Below, piece after piece: positions 13,084 to 25,332 of a DNA stretch of 64,000 nt. The stretch covers positions 2,356,001 through 2,420,000 of the forward strand of contig NC_058383.1 of the NCBI RefSeq assembly GCF_018350175.1. The letters are read 5' to 3'. A program made the position numbers and the translations under genes. Below the pieces are notes generated by a model. That model made no database searches. It was given only the letters and a program-made list of their open reading frames with translations, and had not been told where the DNA came from. The DNA comes from Felis catus. Taxonomy: Eukaryota. Numbering within the stretch: the stretch's first letter is position 1; the number at the start of each line of letters is the position of its first letter.

Positions 13084-13270
13084 GGGGCGCCTGGGTGGCT
13101 CAGTCGGTGGGGCAACCGGCTTGGGCTCAGGTCATGATCCCACGGTTCGTGAGTCTGAGCCCCGCAGTGGGGTCTGTGCCGTCAGCACAGAGCCTGCTGC
13201 GGTTCGATCCTCTCTCTCTGTCCCTCCCCCGCTCGTGCTCTCTCTCCCGCTCAGAAACAAACAAACAAAC
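13084..13270 (+). mobile_element. Can-SINE in tandem with the previous copy
   Basis: GGGGCGCCTGGGTGGCTCAG head; (AAAC)n tail. Confidence 0.88.
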
Positions 13271-14076
13271 GAATGAATAACAAATACGTACCTACCACCC
13301 AGTGAACCAAACCCAGGGGCAGCTGCTCCCGGTTACGGCGGCCGTGAAGCCTACAGGACTGCCGGGAACAGTACGCCTCTCGGGCACTGCGTCTTCGGGG
13401 AGCCTGGCTGCTGGGCGCACAAGACGGAAACAGAGGCCAGTACCCACCTTGCACCAGTTTCACCTGGCCACACGCCGAGGTGAGGTCTAGATTAAAGGCT
13501 CTCGGGGACAGGCTACTGTTGGCCTTATGACTGCCATACCCCCAGCCTATCACACCCGTGCCCAGCACAGAAGGCGCTCCTTAAGTGCTGGATGAATGAA
13601 TGGAGTTAGAAAGACGCAGACTGGCTTCTGAGGCCCAAGTTGCTCGCAGGGATTACTATGAAGACGGGCTGTGGAAGCCTTAACCTCTGTGGCTTATTTC
13701 CATGTCCTTCCCTGCACGAGGCCTCGACCTCAGCTGGGAGGCCCCTAGCTCGACATGACTGCCCCCCACATGACTGTGGAACAAGGCAGACAGGAGTCTG
13801 GCAAAACCACCCCCACACCACCCTCCCTGATGGAAGGCTTACCAAGCAAGAGCTCTGAGTAATCAGCTGTGGATGCCTACATGTGCCTCTCTGGTCAATT
13901 CTCGACGGGTAGTAGTGATTCCACGTTCTTTACAGGGACAAAGACTCAAACCCCAGTGTTACACGGAGATGCTGTATTCCCTAGCAGTTCCGGATGTTCC
14001 TGCTCTTTAGAAGATTAAGATTTCTTTCTGTGACAACTGCATCTTCCAGTTCTGTCCACTGTTCCACTGTTATTTT

Positions 14077-14322
14077 ATTTTATTTTAATTTTATTTTACT
14101 TTATTTTACTTTATTTATTTTAATGTTTATTTATTTTTGAGACAGAGAGAGACAGAGCATGAATGGGGGAGGGTCAGAGAGAGGGAGACACAGAATCTGA
14201 AACAGGCTCCAGGCTCTGAGCTGTCAGCACAGAGCCTGACGCGGGACTTGAACTCACGGACCGCGAGATCATGACCTGAGCCGAAGTCGGCCGCTTAACC
14301 GACTGAGCCACCCAGGCGCCCC
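14077..14322 (-). mobile_element. Felid SINE with (TTTTA)n tail
   Basis: Full-length body; TSD tccactgttatttt / tccaccgtaatttt. Confidence 0.92.
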
Positions 14323-14479
14323 TCCACCGTAATTTTTGAAGTTAACTTGAAAAAGCATGTCAAGGTGAGAAATGTCCCCGGTTGGATCCAGCGATGGGTA
14401 TTAAGGCGAGTGGGCAAAAGCTTCAGGGGCAACAGGACACCTGCATCGCCTCAAAGCACCCCCCCCACCGCGTATATGG

Positions 14480-15545
14480 CAGTACCCGGGAGCTTGACAG
14501 CTGAAACCCAGCAGCCACGGCCTTTACTGAGCCACGAAGGCTCGCGTCGCTACGAGGGGGCACACCATCCCTTCCGCAGTTTTCTGGCCAAAAACGAATA
14601 ATCTTGTCCTAACAAGGAGGAAATACCAGACAAACCCAAGTAGGGACATTTCACAAAATAACTGATCGGTGCTCTTTAATGGTGTCAAGGTCACAGAAAC
14701 CAAGGAGAGATGGAGGACCGTCACTGACTACAGACTAAGGCAACGTGGGGTCCTGAGCCAGATCCTGCCACGCAGGGAAGTCCCCAGTGGAAAACGGTGC
14801 AACCAGAAAAAGGTCTGTTGTTGCGTTCACGATATGGAACCAGCATGAGTCTCCCGGTCACGGTGGTCGTGCTACGGCTGTGGGCCAGGTCAGCCTTAGG
14901 GGCGACGGGGTGAACAGCATATGGAAACTGAACGGAAAAAACGACCAGGTAGACCGCATAAATACATGACAAAAATACAAATAACTCATTAGAGAAAAGT
15001 GGCAAGAGCACCAAAGGCATATCCCAGAAGGCACACAGAGCCGATAAGCATCATCAGGGGAATTTCAACGACACCATGAGAAGCTACGTCACAATTTTAA
15101 AGCCAGGTAACACTAGTATCAGCGAGGACGAGAGCTAACGGGGACCCTTTTCTGCGGCTGGCAGACGTGTTACAGGGACGACCACCCTGGAACATGACCT
15201 GCTGCATCAGGTCCATTTGGAGGCATAGGCGTCCGCGGCCTGGGCAGCCCTCCTCACCCGGTACGTGTTGCAAGGAAACCCCCGAACACATGTGTCTGGA
15301 GACACACAAGAGAGACCACAGCAGTTCTGTGTGGAGTGGCAAAACACGGAAAACGGTTCCCAAGCACAGCTTTGAGAGAACGGACGGATCCTGTTTATTC
15401 CCACCGTGGACAGACGGCCGCAGAGAAAATGAAGGAACCACAGCCACACCAGCAACGCGAATGAATTCCGAAATCGCAAGTCACAGGAGAGCATATTCAC
15501 TATGAAACCATTTACATAAAGTTTGAAAGTAGACAAGACCGTTTA
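14480..15545 (+). mobile_element. Old L1MC/L1ME 3' fragments
   Basis: cagacaaacccaagtagggacatttcacaaaataactg and ccatttacataaagtttgaaagtagacaa; boundaries approximate. Confidence 0.6.
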
Positions 15546-16268
15546 AAAATACATCTTGTAGCAAAACTGTCAAGAAAGGGACTGATGGTTCAAAACGTGG
15601 GGTCCCAGCTCACAGGGGCAAAGGGAGTGAGAGTCACAGGTGCTTCTGGCCCCCCGGGGTGTGGACGGAAGGACGGACGGACGGTGGGCACGGCTGCTCC
15701 TGTTACAGGGGAAGTCTGAAGCCCTGTCTAGAGTGAATGAAGGGTTGTTAGGAAAAAGCCAAACGCAAACAGGCGTGTCTTCAATGAATGTAAATGACAA
15801 AGACGACCAGGCATGTTTCAAAACTTTTGGACATTAAAACGGAAGGAAAGAACCCAAAGAAAGCAAGTGGACGGTTCGGATTAGCAACCGAGGAGCTGAT
15901 CTGGAAGGAAAGAGTCACCACCTGCCAGCCGGGAGCTGCACCGTACAAGCCGGAAAGCGATTTCAAGGAGACGTTAGCTTCCCACCATGAACAAGGCCTG
16001 AACATTTTAAGCTCCTTGAGTTACACGGAGCTTTAACAATACTTTGTACTCCTTGTACTTACTTAGCCAGAATGAATGAATATTGCCCCTGCTGAACCAT
16101 TTACATAGCTTCATTTGCCTCCAGTGTGTTTGCTGTTGGTGGTGTTGAATATTAGGATGTACAGCAATTTGCAGCTTGCCTGTACTTTGACAGTTTTTAA
16201 GGAACTTCTGAAGGCCAAAACCGGTCATGAAAAGCACGATCGTGCAGCCTGGGGGAGGGCTCACTCAC

Positions 16269-16484
16269 CAGCTGGAACTCGCTCCTCCGGCTAAAAGCCT
16301 CCCTGATGCCGGAGTCCCTCCAGAGAGCGCTCAGGGCGGGGACGTACAGCTGGAAGGTGGCAGGCTCCACGGGCAGCCCCGCCTTGTTCTCAAAGGCCAG
16401 GAGAAACATGCCGTGCTTCTCATTTTCCGAATACTGCCACGGGATGCCCAGCTTGTCTCGCGCATCCACGAGGACCCGTGAGCC
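16269..16484 (-). CDS. GNA12: G protein subunit alpha-12, coding exon 2 (216 nt, helical domain)
   Basis: Acceptor CCCTCTCTGTCTCCTTTATCTCCTAG|GGC and donor CTG|GTGAGT. Translates [72 protein letters not shown], continuing exon 1 in frame. Confidence 0.98.
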
Positions 16485-17316
16485 CTAGGAGATAAAGGAG
16501 ACAGAGAGGGTTTAATTACACTCCCAAGACCGCACCAGGACAGAGAGCCTCGGCACAGGCCTTGACCGTCACGCAGCAGCAAACTCACAGGCTATCAACC
16601 AGGGTCTGTCTCCTGGTTCGTTTGGTCAAGTCACCCGTGTCTCAACTCGCTGAAACCTGGCAGCTCCTCGACACCAGGAGGACACGACGGTCTGAAAGCC
16701 TGGAGCGAATGGGCGAGCCACCAACAGGTGGCCAGTAACCACCAGACGGGACAAAACTGAGATGCACAAGCCGAGCGGCCTGCCCCCCCCGAAACAGGGG
16801 CCCGTGGGCACATCCTGGATTGAATGCCGCCACTGTTAGTGATGAGGAGAGGCTGTTTTTCATTATTTGGCTTAGTTCCTCACTGTTAGAAATAGAGTAT
16901 TCTTGGCCCCTTTCTTACCTCACAGACAGGTTAAGAAAGGGGATGGAGAAACAGCCTCAACCCAGGTAGGTGTCCAGTCTGCGGGGGACACTGTTCTGGG
17001 GATAAAGGCCCCCCTGGGCAGTAACGAGGTCCAGTTCATCATTCTCACCCCAGGGCTTCCAAATTAGCAACACCGTATGGAAGCAAGTCTCTGAGTTCTT
17101 CTGAGGGGACCCAATGAACACTCTCTGGCACCGTGAATCCTGCGGGGGGGGGGGGGGGCAAAGACCAGCGGGGGGCCTGTCTGCAAAAGCCTTCACAGGC
17201 TCAGGGTGGTCTGGTGGGGCCTGGAACGGCAGGGGGCAGTAACTCGTCTCCCGGCACAGAGAACACCAGGACCTCACTGCTACTGGGCACTTGCTTTAAA
17301 AAAACAATAATAATCA

Positions 17317-17519
17317 GGGCACCTGGGAGGCTTAGTCGGTTGAGCGTCTGACTTTGGCTCAGGTCACGATCTCGCCATTGAGGAGTTCGAGCCCCGCATC
17401 AGGCTCTGTGCTGACAGCTCGGAGCCTGGAGCCTGCCTCGGATTCTGTGTCTTCCACTGTCTCTCCTCCACCCCTCCCCCGCTCATGCTCTGTCTCAAAA
17501 ATAAATAAACATTAAAAAA
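17317..17519 (+). mobile_element. Can-SINE (feliform type)
   Basis: gggcacctgggaggcttagtcggttgagcg head; AATAAA/A tail. Confidence 0.9.
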
Positions 17520-18663
17520 TAATAATAGTAATGGTTTTATAGGATATATGTCACACACAATCCCCCCATTTAAACTGTACAACTCAGTGGAAGTTTCACG
17601 TCCAACAACTTGGGTCAGAGCGGATTCATTCATCATCAGTTGTGCCTTCCTTGTATCCCTGCTGTAGCATGTGTGGTGTCTACAACTTTCATTTCTGCAT
17701 TGAAACACTGAGCCGGATGGTAACGGGGACCAAAGAGAGTAGTGCAGTTTGTCCTCCAGGTCTAGACCGGGACTGTCCGGTGACAGATGTTCCTGCGAGT
17801 TCCCTCCTCGGGGCCCACACTCGTCTGCCATCCGTAACCAGGCCCATTTCTACTGATCCACAAACACATGTCCAAGGCTCACAGGCACCATGGGTAAACA
17901 GGTTTATGAAGCAGAGTCTGATCTGTAGAAACTCGGAATCTAGGTAGGGTAACAGACCTATGAATTAAAACAACTGATAACCATTCACCATAAAAATACT
18001 CAGAAAACTAGGAATAGAGGAGAACTTCCTTAACTTTGAGAAGACCCACAAAAACTGACAGCTAATGTCATAATTAACAGTGAAGGACTGAATCCTTTTC
18101 TCTAAAATCAGGAACAAGAGAAGGCGCCCACTTGTGGAGGTGCCAATGAATAGAGTACTGGTAGTTCTAGCCAGTAATGGCAAGGGAAAGACATACAAGG
18201 TATAGAGATCAGCAAGAGGGAAAAATGAAACTGAGTCTATTTGCAGATAAAATGAAATGATGGTCTATGTGGAAAATTCCAAGGCATCTACCAAAAAAAC
18301 TTCCTCGTGAATTCATTCAGCAAGGTCGCCGGATGTAAAATTAACCTATAGAAATCAACTGTCTTTCTACTTACTAGCAATGAACGTGTGGAAACTGTAA
18401 TTTAAAATGCCGTATCAACAATCACTAAGAAAGTAGAAATCGTATAAAACATGTCCAGGACCTGTATGTTGAAAACTACAAAATGTTGACGAAAGAAACC
18501 AAAGTCAACCTAACAAATGGAGAGACATACCATGTTCATGGATTGGGAGTTTCAAAATAGTAAATATTTTCTCTAAATTGATATACAAGTCTAACACAAT
18601 TTCTATAAATCCCAGCAAGATCTTTTAGGGGCATGAATATGGATATATGAGTGCTGTATATAG

Positions 18664-18664
<1 letters not shown>

Positions 18665-18695
<31 letters not shown>
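18665..18695. repeat. (TG)n microsatellite
   Basis: About 15 units. Confidence 0.97.
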
Positions 18696-18697
<2 letters not shown>

Positions 18698-20010
18698 CTA
18701 TCCCAAAATTTTTGGAAAGGTATTAGGTTAGCTGCAACAATTTAGAAAAAGAAACTCAGTGAAAGGAATCACTCAACTCAATTTCAACACTTAGTATATA
18801 GCTATGGTAATCAAGATTGTGCGGTACTGGTGAACCCAGAGATGGCCCCACATAAGTGTGGCCCACTGAGTTTTATAAAGATCCAATTACAGAGAGGGAG
18901 AACAGCCTTTTCAACAAATGGTGCGGGAGCAACTGGGCATCCACAGGCAAAGGAAAAAAGAACCCTGACCTCCAACCTCACATTTTATACAGAATCCACT
19001 CAAGAGGCAAAACTAGAACATAGGAGAAAATCTTCCGGATCTACGGTTCGGTGAATAGTTCCTAGGTGACGCAATGCATAATTTATAAAAGAAAACATCA
19101 AGAAACTGGACTTCATCAAAATTAAAACTGTGCTCTGCAGAAGACTCTCTGAAGAGGCTGAAAAGATGCTCTATGGACTAGGAGGCAATACCCACCACAC
19201 ATCTGACAAAGGACGTGAATCTAGAATTTATAAAGAACACTCAAAACTCAACAGTTAGAAACACAATCCAGTTAGGAAATGGGCAGAAGACATGATGAGA
19301 CGTTTCGCCAGAGAGCACACACAGAGAGCACGCAAGCAGGTGAGAGACCAGATGTTCAAGGCCACCAGCCATCAGGGCAAAGCAGGTTAAGACCAGAGAA
19401 GGTACCGTTACACAGTATTCAAACAGCTGAAACGAACAAACAAAACCAGTGACAACACCAGAGGGTGGTGAGGGCGCAGAGATATTTAATCTCTCATACA
19501 TTGTTGACGGGATCTAAGGCGGCACAGCCACTCTGGAAACCGTTTCCCGGTTTCTTAAAAAATTAAACCTGTATTTATCAAACAATCCGGCCATCTCACT
19601 CCTGGGCACTGACCTCAGAGAAATGAGAATTTACGTCCGCACAGAAACATGTGCAAGAATGTTCATAGCAGCTTTATTCATAACAGCCTAGAGCTGGAAA
19701 CAGCCCCAAAGTCCTTCAATAGACAAATGGTCACACGCTGTGGGGCCCCCGTACCAGGAAAAAGGACATGGCAGTAAAAGGGAATGAACACTTGATTCAT
19801 GGAACAACCTGGACGGGGCTCAAAAAAAATTATGCTGAGTAAAAAAAAAAAGCCAGTCTCGGAAGATCACATGCTACGTGATTCTGTGTATAGACTATTC
19901 TTGAAGTGACAAAATTATAAAGACAGAACACAAATTAGTGGCTGCCAGGGACTGGGAACGGCAGAGGAAGCAGGACGGGGGCGGGGGGGACAGTCCCAGG
20001 GTAGCTGGAG

Positions 20011-20014
<4 letters not shown>

Positions 20015-20069
<55 letters not shown>
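20015..20069. repeat. (AC)n microsatellite
   Basis: About 27 units. Confidence 0.97.
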
Positions 20070-20073
<4 letters not shown>

Positions 20074-20199
20074 CAATGTCAATTTCCTGATCGTGATAGT
20101 GCACTGGAGTTCTAGAAAATGTAACCACTGGGGAAAACCGTGATACCTCTCCCCTGCTATCTTTGCAAGTGCCTGGGAACCTAGAATTATCTCAATATA

Positions 20200-20446
20200 T
20201 ATTTTTATTTTATTATTTTTTAAGTTTATTATTTATTTTTGAGAGAGCGAGCACGAGTGGGGGAGGGGCAGAGCGAGAGGGAGAGAGAATCCCAAGCAGG
20301 CTTTGCGCTGTCAGCATGGAGCCCGACCGGGGTGGGGGGGCAGGGAGGCGGGGGGGGGGGGGGCTCGATCTCACGAACTGTGAGATCATGACCGGAGCTG
20401 AAATCCAGAGTCAGACACTTAACCAACTGAGCCACCCAAGCGCCCC
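20200..20446 (-). mobile_element. Can-SINE with an internal G-tract expansion
   Basis: SINE body interrupted by a G-rich run at 20328-20363. Confidence 0.88.
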
Positions 20447-21578
20447 CAAAACATTTTTTCAAAAGCTAACTAGCAGCCATGACAGTAAATGTTCCGATTT
20501 GGTGGTGTGGAAAGGTAAGGTTTACCAGGGGTGGGGTAGGAGGGTGGAGATTAGCAGGAAAATGAGATGGATGGGTCTCAGCAGAGCCTGAAGCGCAGGT
20601 TAATTTCAACCTGGCACCAATGGACTAGAACCCACCCAGAGGAAAACAGGACTTGAATAAATCCTCAGCTCTCCTTCCTCTGGGTTCCAACCACCCCATT
20701 CCTCCCTCTGGGTCCTTCCCGTCTCCCCATTTTCTGACAACGTCACACCAAACTCCCGCCTGCCCAAAAGGACAGGCTCGAAAAGCTTCAAGAACCCAAG
20801 AGAACAAAGATGTTTCACATTCTCCACGTTACGCGGGACAAGAAATATCTGAGCACAGAGAAGGCAGAAGAGACCTCTCTGCTGAGGTTCTTGGCCCAGG
20901 GTCACAGCACCCTTGTGGAAAGCAGACAAAGGCTCCCACCGTCCTCACACACAAGGCCCCTCTTCCGGCAGAGGGGCTGGGTCGGGATTCGAGCTCTCCC
21001 CCAGCCCCAGCCCCAGGTCAGGTGACCAACCCAACTACGTCTCCTGAAAATCCAGCCCGCTCGAGATCAACTCAGGAAATGCGGTCTGACACACAGGGCC
21101 CTTCTGACCCGTCAAAAAGTCTGGCTTGACAAGGAGCACATCCTCACTCACACAGTGAACTGAACCTCTGCTCCCGGGGGGTTTCATTTTCATGTGTCAG
21201 AGATGGAGGCAGGGAATCAAAACGGACTTGGAGGCCCGAGCGATCGCTTCCAAGACTGCTTTCAACGCTGCACCAAGCAGGCCTTGCCTAATTATTGGGG
21301 CGAACACAAGTTTGGCTTAAAACACCCTGGTCTATCCAAAAGCAGCCTGTGTTCCCACCACACACTACCACCCAGGCAAGCTTGGACACGGTCCAAATGA
21401 ACTTCACCCAAACACGAAGAAAAGGCTCCTTATTTCTCTCTCTTTAAAGACCCAGGGAAAGTGAGAAAACTGCTGACGAACTTTGAATTACTCTGGTTAG
21501 CTAGAGTCGTTTTCTGTATCGACGTCTCTACATATGGAGGAGAAAAGTACCGAGAAAAGAGAGGTCTCTTTGGCCTTT

Positions 21579-21809
21579 TTTTTTTTTTTTTAATTTTTTT
21601 TTTCAACGTTTTTAATTTATTTTTGGGACAGAGAGAGACAGAGCATGAACGGGGGAGGGGCAGAGAGAGAGGGAGACACAGAATCGGAAACAGGCTCCAG
21701 GCTCTGAGCCATCAGCCCAGAGCCCGACGCGGGGCTCGAACTCAAGGACCGCGAGATCGTGACCTGGCTGAAGTCGCACGCTTAACCGACTGCGCCACCC
21801 AGGCGCCCC
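21579..21809 (-). mobile_element. Young SINEC_Fc
   Basis: Head GGGGCGCCTGGGTGGCGCAGTCGGTTAAGCG, CAGCCAGGTCAC, CTGGGCTGATGG; long T tract; TSD tctttggccttt. Confidence 0.93.
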
Positions 21810-24696
21810 TCTTTGGCCTTTGTAAGTGTGTCCCCGTGAAGAACCATTCTCTGCCACCTTTATTCTGAACACCCAAAATGGAGATCAAGGAGAGGTTTCC
21901 CCTTTGGGACATCTGCCTAAAATCGGAGCCCACTTTTTCTTCCTTTTTAGACAGAGTATCAAGTCTTGGGAATGTTCTGCCTACTGTGCTTTTGCAGAAC
22001 GGATCGTTACAGGTGTCGCCACCATTGTATGGAGCTGCAGTGCTTCCAAGACACCAGAATATAGGAGGCAGGCTGCAATTAGCACCTTGCCTCATTTCTT
22101 CCCACCAAAGACCTACTTCCGGAAACACAAAGCCAAGAAAATCCTAAAATCCACATATACTCAGTAAGAAAAAGGGGAGAAGTTAAGGGAGAAGGCAGTC
22201 TGCTTGTGTCATTCATCGTTCTCTCTCAACAATGTTACACAAGTATTCACTTTTTGATAACCATACATTTTATTCAGTTACCTAAGGCGAACAGTTAAAA
22301 GTCTGAAGCGTTTGGTGACTTCATCTCAATACTATGTAACACTTTAAACTGTTCAAAGAACACAGTTTTAAGACGCCTTCTAAATCCAGCCACTGAAACT
22401 TCTGGTCAAAGAACAGAGTCCCGGTCTGCTGGGGATGTACAACTGGGTGGGTGTGTGGGGGGGGGGGGGGTTCAGCTTCATTGGATGGAGACCCAAGACG
22501 GCAAATCCCGTCATCTCATTTCAAACTACATGTGCTGAGTTTAGTCCCCAATCAAAGCGAATCTTTTCGGCCACTCCTCACTCCTCACTAAGCTCTTCCC
22601 ACAGCCAATTCCAGAGCCCAGACACGCCTAAAACGCTGGCAGATCAAACGAGCTGTTCCTGCAGAACGAAGGCCGCGGGTGCGCGAGGAACCCGGTGAGG
22701 CCCGAAGGTGCCCCCCACCAGCCACAGCCCATCTCCTCGGAAAGCGGCTGCTGCTTTTTTTTTAAACCCACCAGGGCCGGGTTGTGAGCCTTTGGCCACC
22801 GTCCAAATAAAAGAAACGCTGCCAGAAATGTAAACAGGATACACTTCAACTGCACGAGTCCAGCAAGGAGGGGCCGAGGGCTCCTCGCAGATTCTCTCTG
22901 GAATGAAGGGGAGGAGAGCTCCTAACTCAGAGGTCAGAGCAGCCGCGAGGGAGGGACGGGGAGGGCCGGTACTTCCGGGGCAGACACGACAGCACCCCCT
23001 CGTCCAGCCCCCGCCCCCACGGCACCCCATGGTGCCCCCCCTCCCCGCCAAGTGCGCATGCGCTTTGGAACAAACGCACTAACAGACGTTCCTCCCACCC
23101 GCAGAGCTCGCCCTTCAGGCAAAGACAGGCACCAGGGAAGGGGGTCAAGAGCCAAAGAGGTGGTAAGCGTGGCACCTGCCCGAGGGCCTTCTAGAGAGAG
23201 AAGCGGCACGGAGGCAGGAGAAGGGTCGTGCGTGTGGAGGATTTACTCCGCAGAAGCAGGAAACCAGGAAAGGTCTGGAAGGAGCGGCTGCGGCAGGTGC
23301 GGTGGGCGGGGCGGGTGCAGGTTCAGGTGCAGGGGGGCGGTCGGAAGGCCACCCCCAAGGAAGAGGGGAGCAGCCCCCAAACGCGGAGGGCCGCAACCAC
23401 ACCACCAAGCAGCCCTCCACGCGGAGTCCAGAGGAGGGTCTGGCTCGGGCCCGGGGCGGGGGCCTGGGTAAGCGGAAGGCAAACTAGATTTGACGGGACG
23501 GGAAACCCCAGGCAACGCTTCCAGGAAATGGAACGGTCAGAGAAACCCTGGGTTGAGGCAAATGCAACTGTCGTCTGGAGCGTTCTCCGGCACCCGGAGG
23601 AGGCTGGTGCTCCTGGAAGCTAAAAAACACATCCATAAACAAACAAGGAATTCAGCATCAGCTCAGAATTCCTCAGATCTCCTCCGGTGGAATGTGAAAA
23701 TCCACGCTGCATCTCACAGCTCAAGAGCCAGCAGGCTGGGGACTTGTGAGGTCACCTCCCAGAGCCACACGGAGAGCAGTCTCTCCTCTTCCTGTTCAAG
23801 GTGGAGGCTCCAAGCCCGGAACCCACTTGGACTAAACATTCACTAAACGTTCCACGGACAAGCTCTAGCACCAGGGGGAGCAGAGCCTTCCTGGTCAAGT
23901 ACAGAAAATAAGAAAGCAATCTGAGAATAATACTAAATATGATTCCAAGGGGGAAAACGTCCCACAAACACCACAAACAGGTAACACAGCTTAATGCACT
24001 AATTCGGTGCTTTCACAATTCAAATTTCAGTGCAGTACAAAATTCAGCATGAAATAACGTAGCAGGCTTTTAAATAACTAAATAGAACATAACGGTAAAT
24101 ACCTGAATAACTTATAAATAATAACAGCCAGTGTTTCATGGAAATCCTGTTTTAGTTAAAGGAAGATCTGTGTATGTGCAGGGCACCTGGGTGGCTAGTT
24201 GGCGGAGTATCTGCCGTGTGACCAACACTGTGTTAAGTGCTCAACACCCATTCGGCTCCTTCCGCTTTTTAACCCTGTGAGGGCAAGAGTTACTATGCCC
24301 ATTTTACAGATGAGAAAAACGGAAGCTCCAGCACAGCCAGTGAAGCGTGATTCTGTGATTCGAAAGCTGGTGTTTTCCATCTATATTCTTTATGTCTACG
24401 CGTCTATCAGGGGAATGAGGGAAGGAAGGCAGGCAGGAGGCAGATGTTCACACAGCTGACAGCAGGCCCCAAGACTACGCCTCAACTGGCCTTTGGGGAC
24501 CTGACACTGGCTGGTATTCTCTAGAAGATTAAAAAAAAAAAACCCAGTAATTAAAATCTACAAGTATGGGATATGCTTATGCCTGGCTCAGTTACACAGA
24601 ATTTAATGAGTACAGACGGTACCTTAATCTTCAAAGAGTAAAAACCTTTCATTCATGTGAACTACCTTAGCAGCACAGAATTCGAACATTCGATGG

Positions 24697-24995
24697 CTTT
24701 CTGTCCAACAGAGAGGCCCTGAGCCACCACGGCCACTGAACGGTACACGAGTGGCCAGTCTGAATTGAGGTGTTATAAATACGTACCAGATGTCAAAGTC
24801 TTAGCACGAAAAATATAAAGTCTTAGCATGAAAGATATACATAAATATCCTTTACTTTTTAATTCTGTTTACATGTTGAAGTAACATTTTGAAATCTTGG
24901 GTTATCAAAATGTATTAATTTTCTTCCTTTTACCTCTCTTAACGTGGCTAAGTCAAAGTCTGAATTTGCGGCTCATGGTACATTTCTGTTGGACT
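24697..24995. mobile_element. hAT-Charlie MER33/MER3-like fossil
   Basis: Inverted termini ctgtccaacaga ... tttctgttggac; internal 22-bp tandem duplication at 24795-24838. Confidence 0.65.
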
Positions 24996-25112
24996 GAATC
25001 GCTATACGTTTCTGAAAATGGAATTTGTTTCTTTCTGATCATAAAAATATTTTTAGTGAAGAAAGGAGAGGGAGGAAACACAGAAATGTATTAAGAAGAA
25101 AATGAAATCCTT

Positions 25113-25332
25113 GGGGTACGCTGGGTGGCTCGGTCGGTTGAGCGACTGACTTCAGCTCAGGTCACGATCTCACATTTCGTGAGTTCGAGCCCCACGTCGG
25201 GCTCTGTGCCGACAGCTCGGAGCCTGGAGCCTGCTTCGGATTCTGTGTCTCCCTCATCTCTCTGCCCCAACCCACTCGCATTCTGTCTCTGTCTCTCTCA
25301 AAAAAAAACAAACATTAAAAAATGTTTAAAAA
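25113..25332 (+). mobile_element. Can-SINE with 16-bp TSD
   Basis: TSD AAGAAAATGAAATCCT at 25096-25111 and 25333-25348. Confidence 0.92.

Larger units (their letters stand above)
1..16268 (-). other. GNA12: GNA12 intron 2 (partial, runs off the window)
   Basis: Starts GTGAGT after exon 2. The expected next peptide (GESVKYFLDNLDRIG...) is not recognisable in 1-16268. Confidence 0.85.
17960..20196 (+). mobile_element. L1M (MC/MD-class) ORF2 3' half plus 3' UTR, decayed
   Basis: aaactaggaatagaggagaacttcct, aaatggagagacataccatgttcatggattgg, gaatgttcatagcagctttattcataa; no intact ORF; antisense to GNA12. Confidence 0.85.

Noticed and set aside
12525..13280. 251-aa ORF
   Set aside because: Runs through three SINEs; the GAPGWLSRL and GAWVAQSV peptides are standard SINE translations.
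16912..16960. Recursive-splice-like site (pyrimidine tract, GAG|GTAAGA on minus) ~430 nt before exon 2
   Set aside because: The acceptor is GAG rather than YAG, and the donor lies in MIR-like sequence; likely chance.
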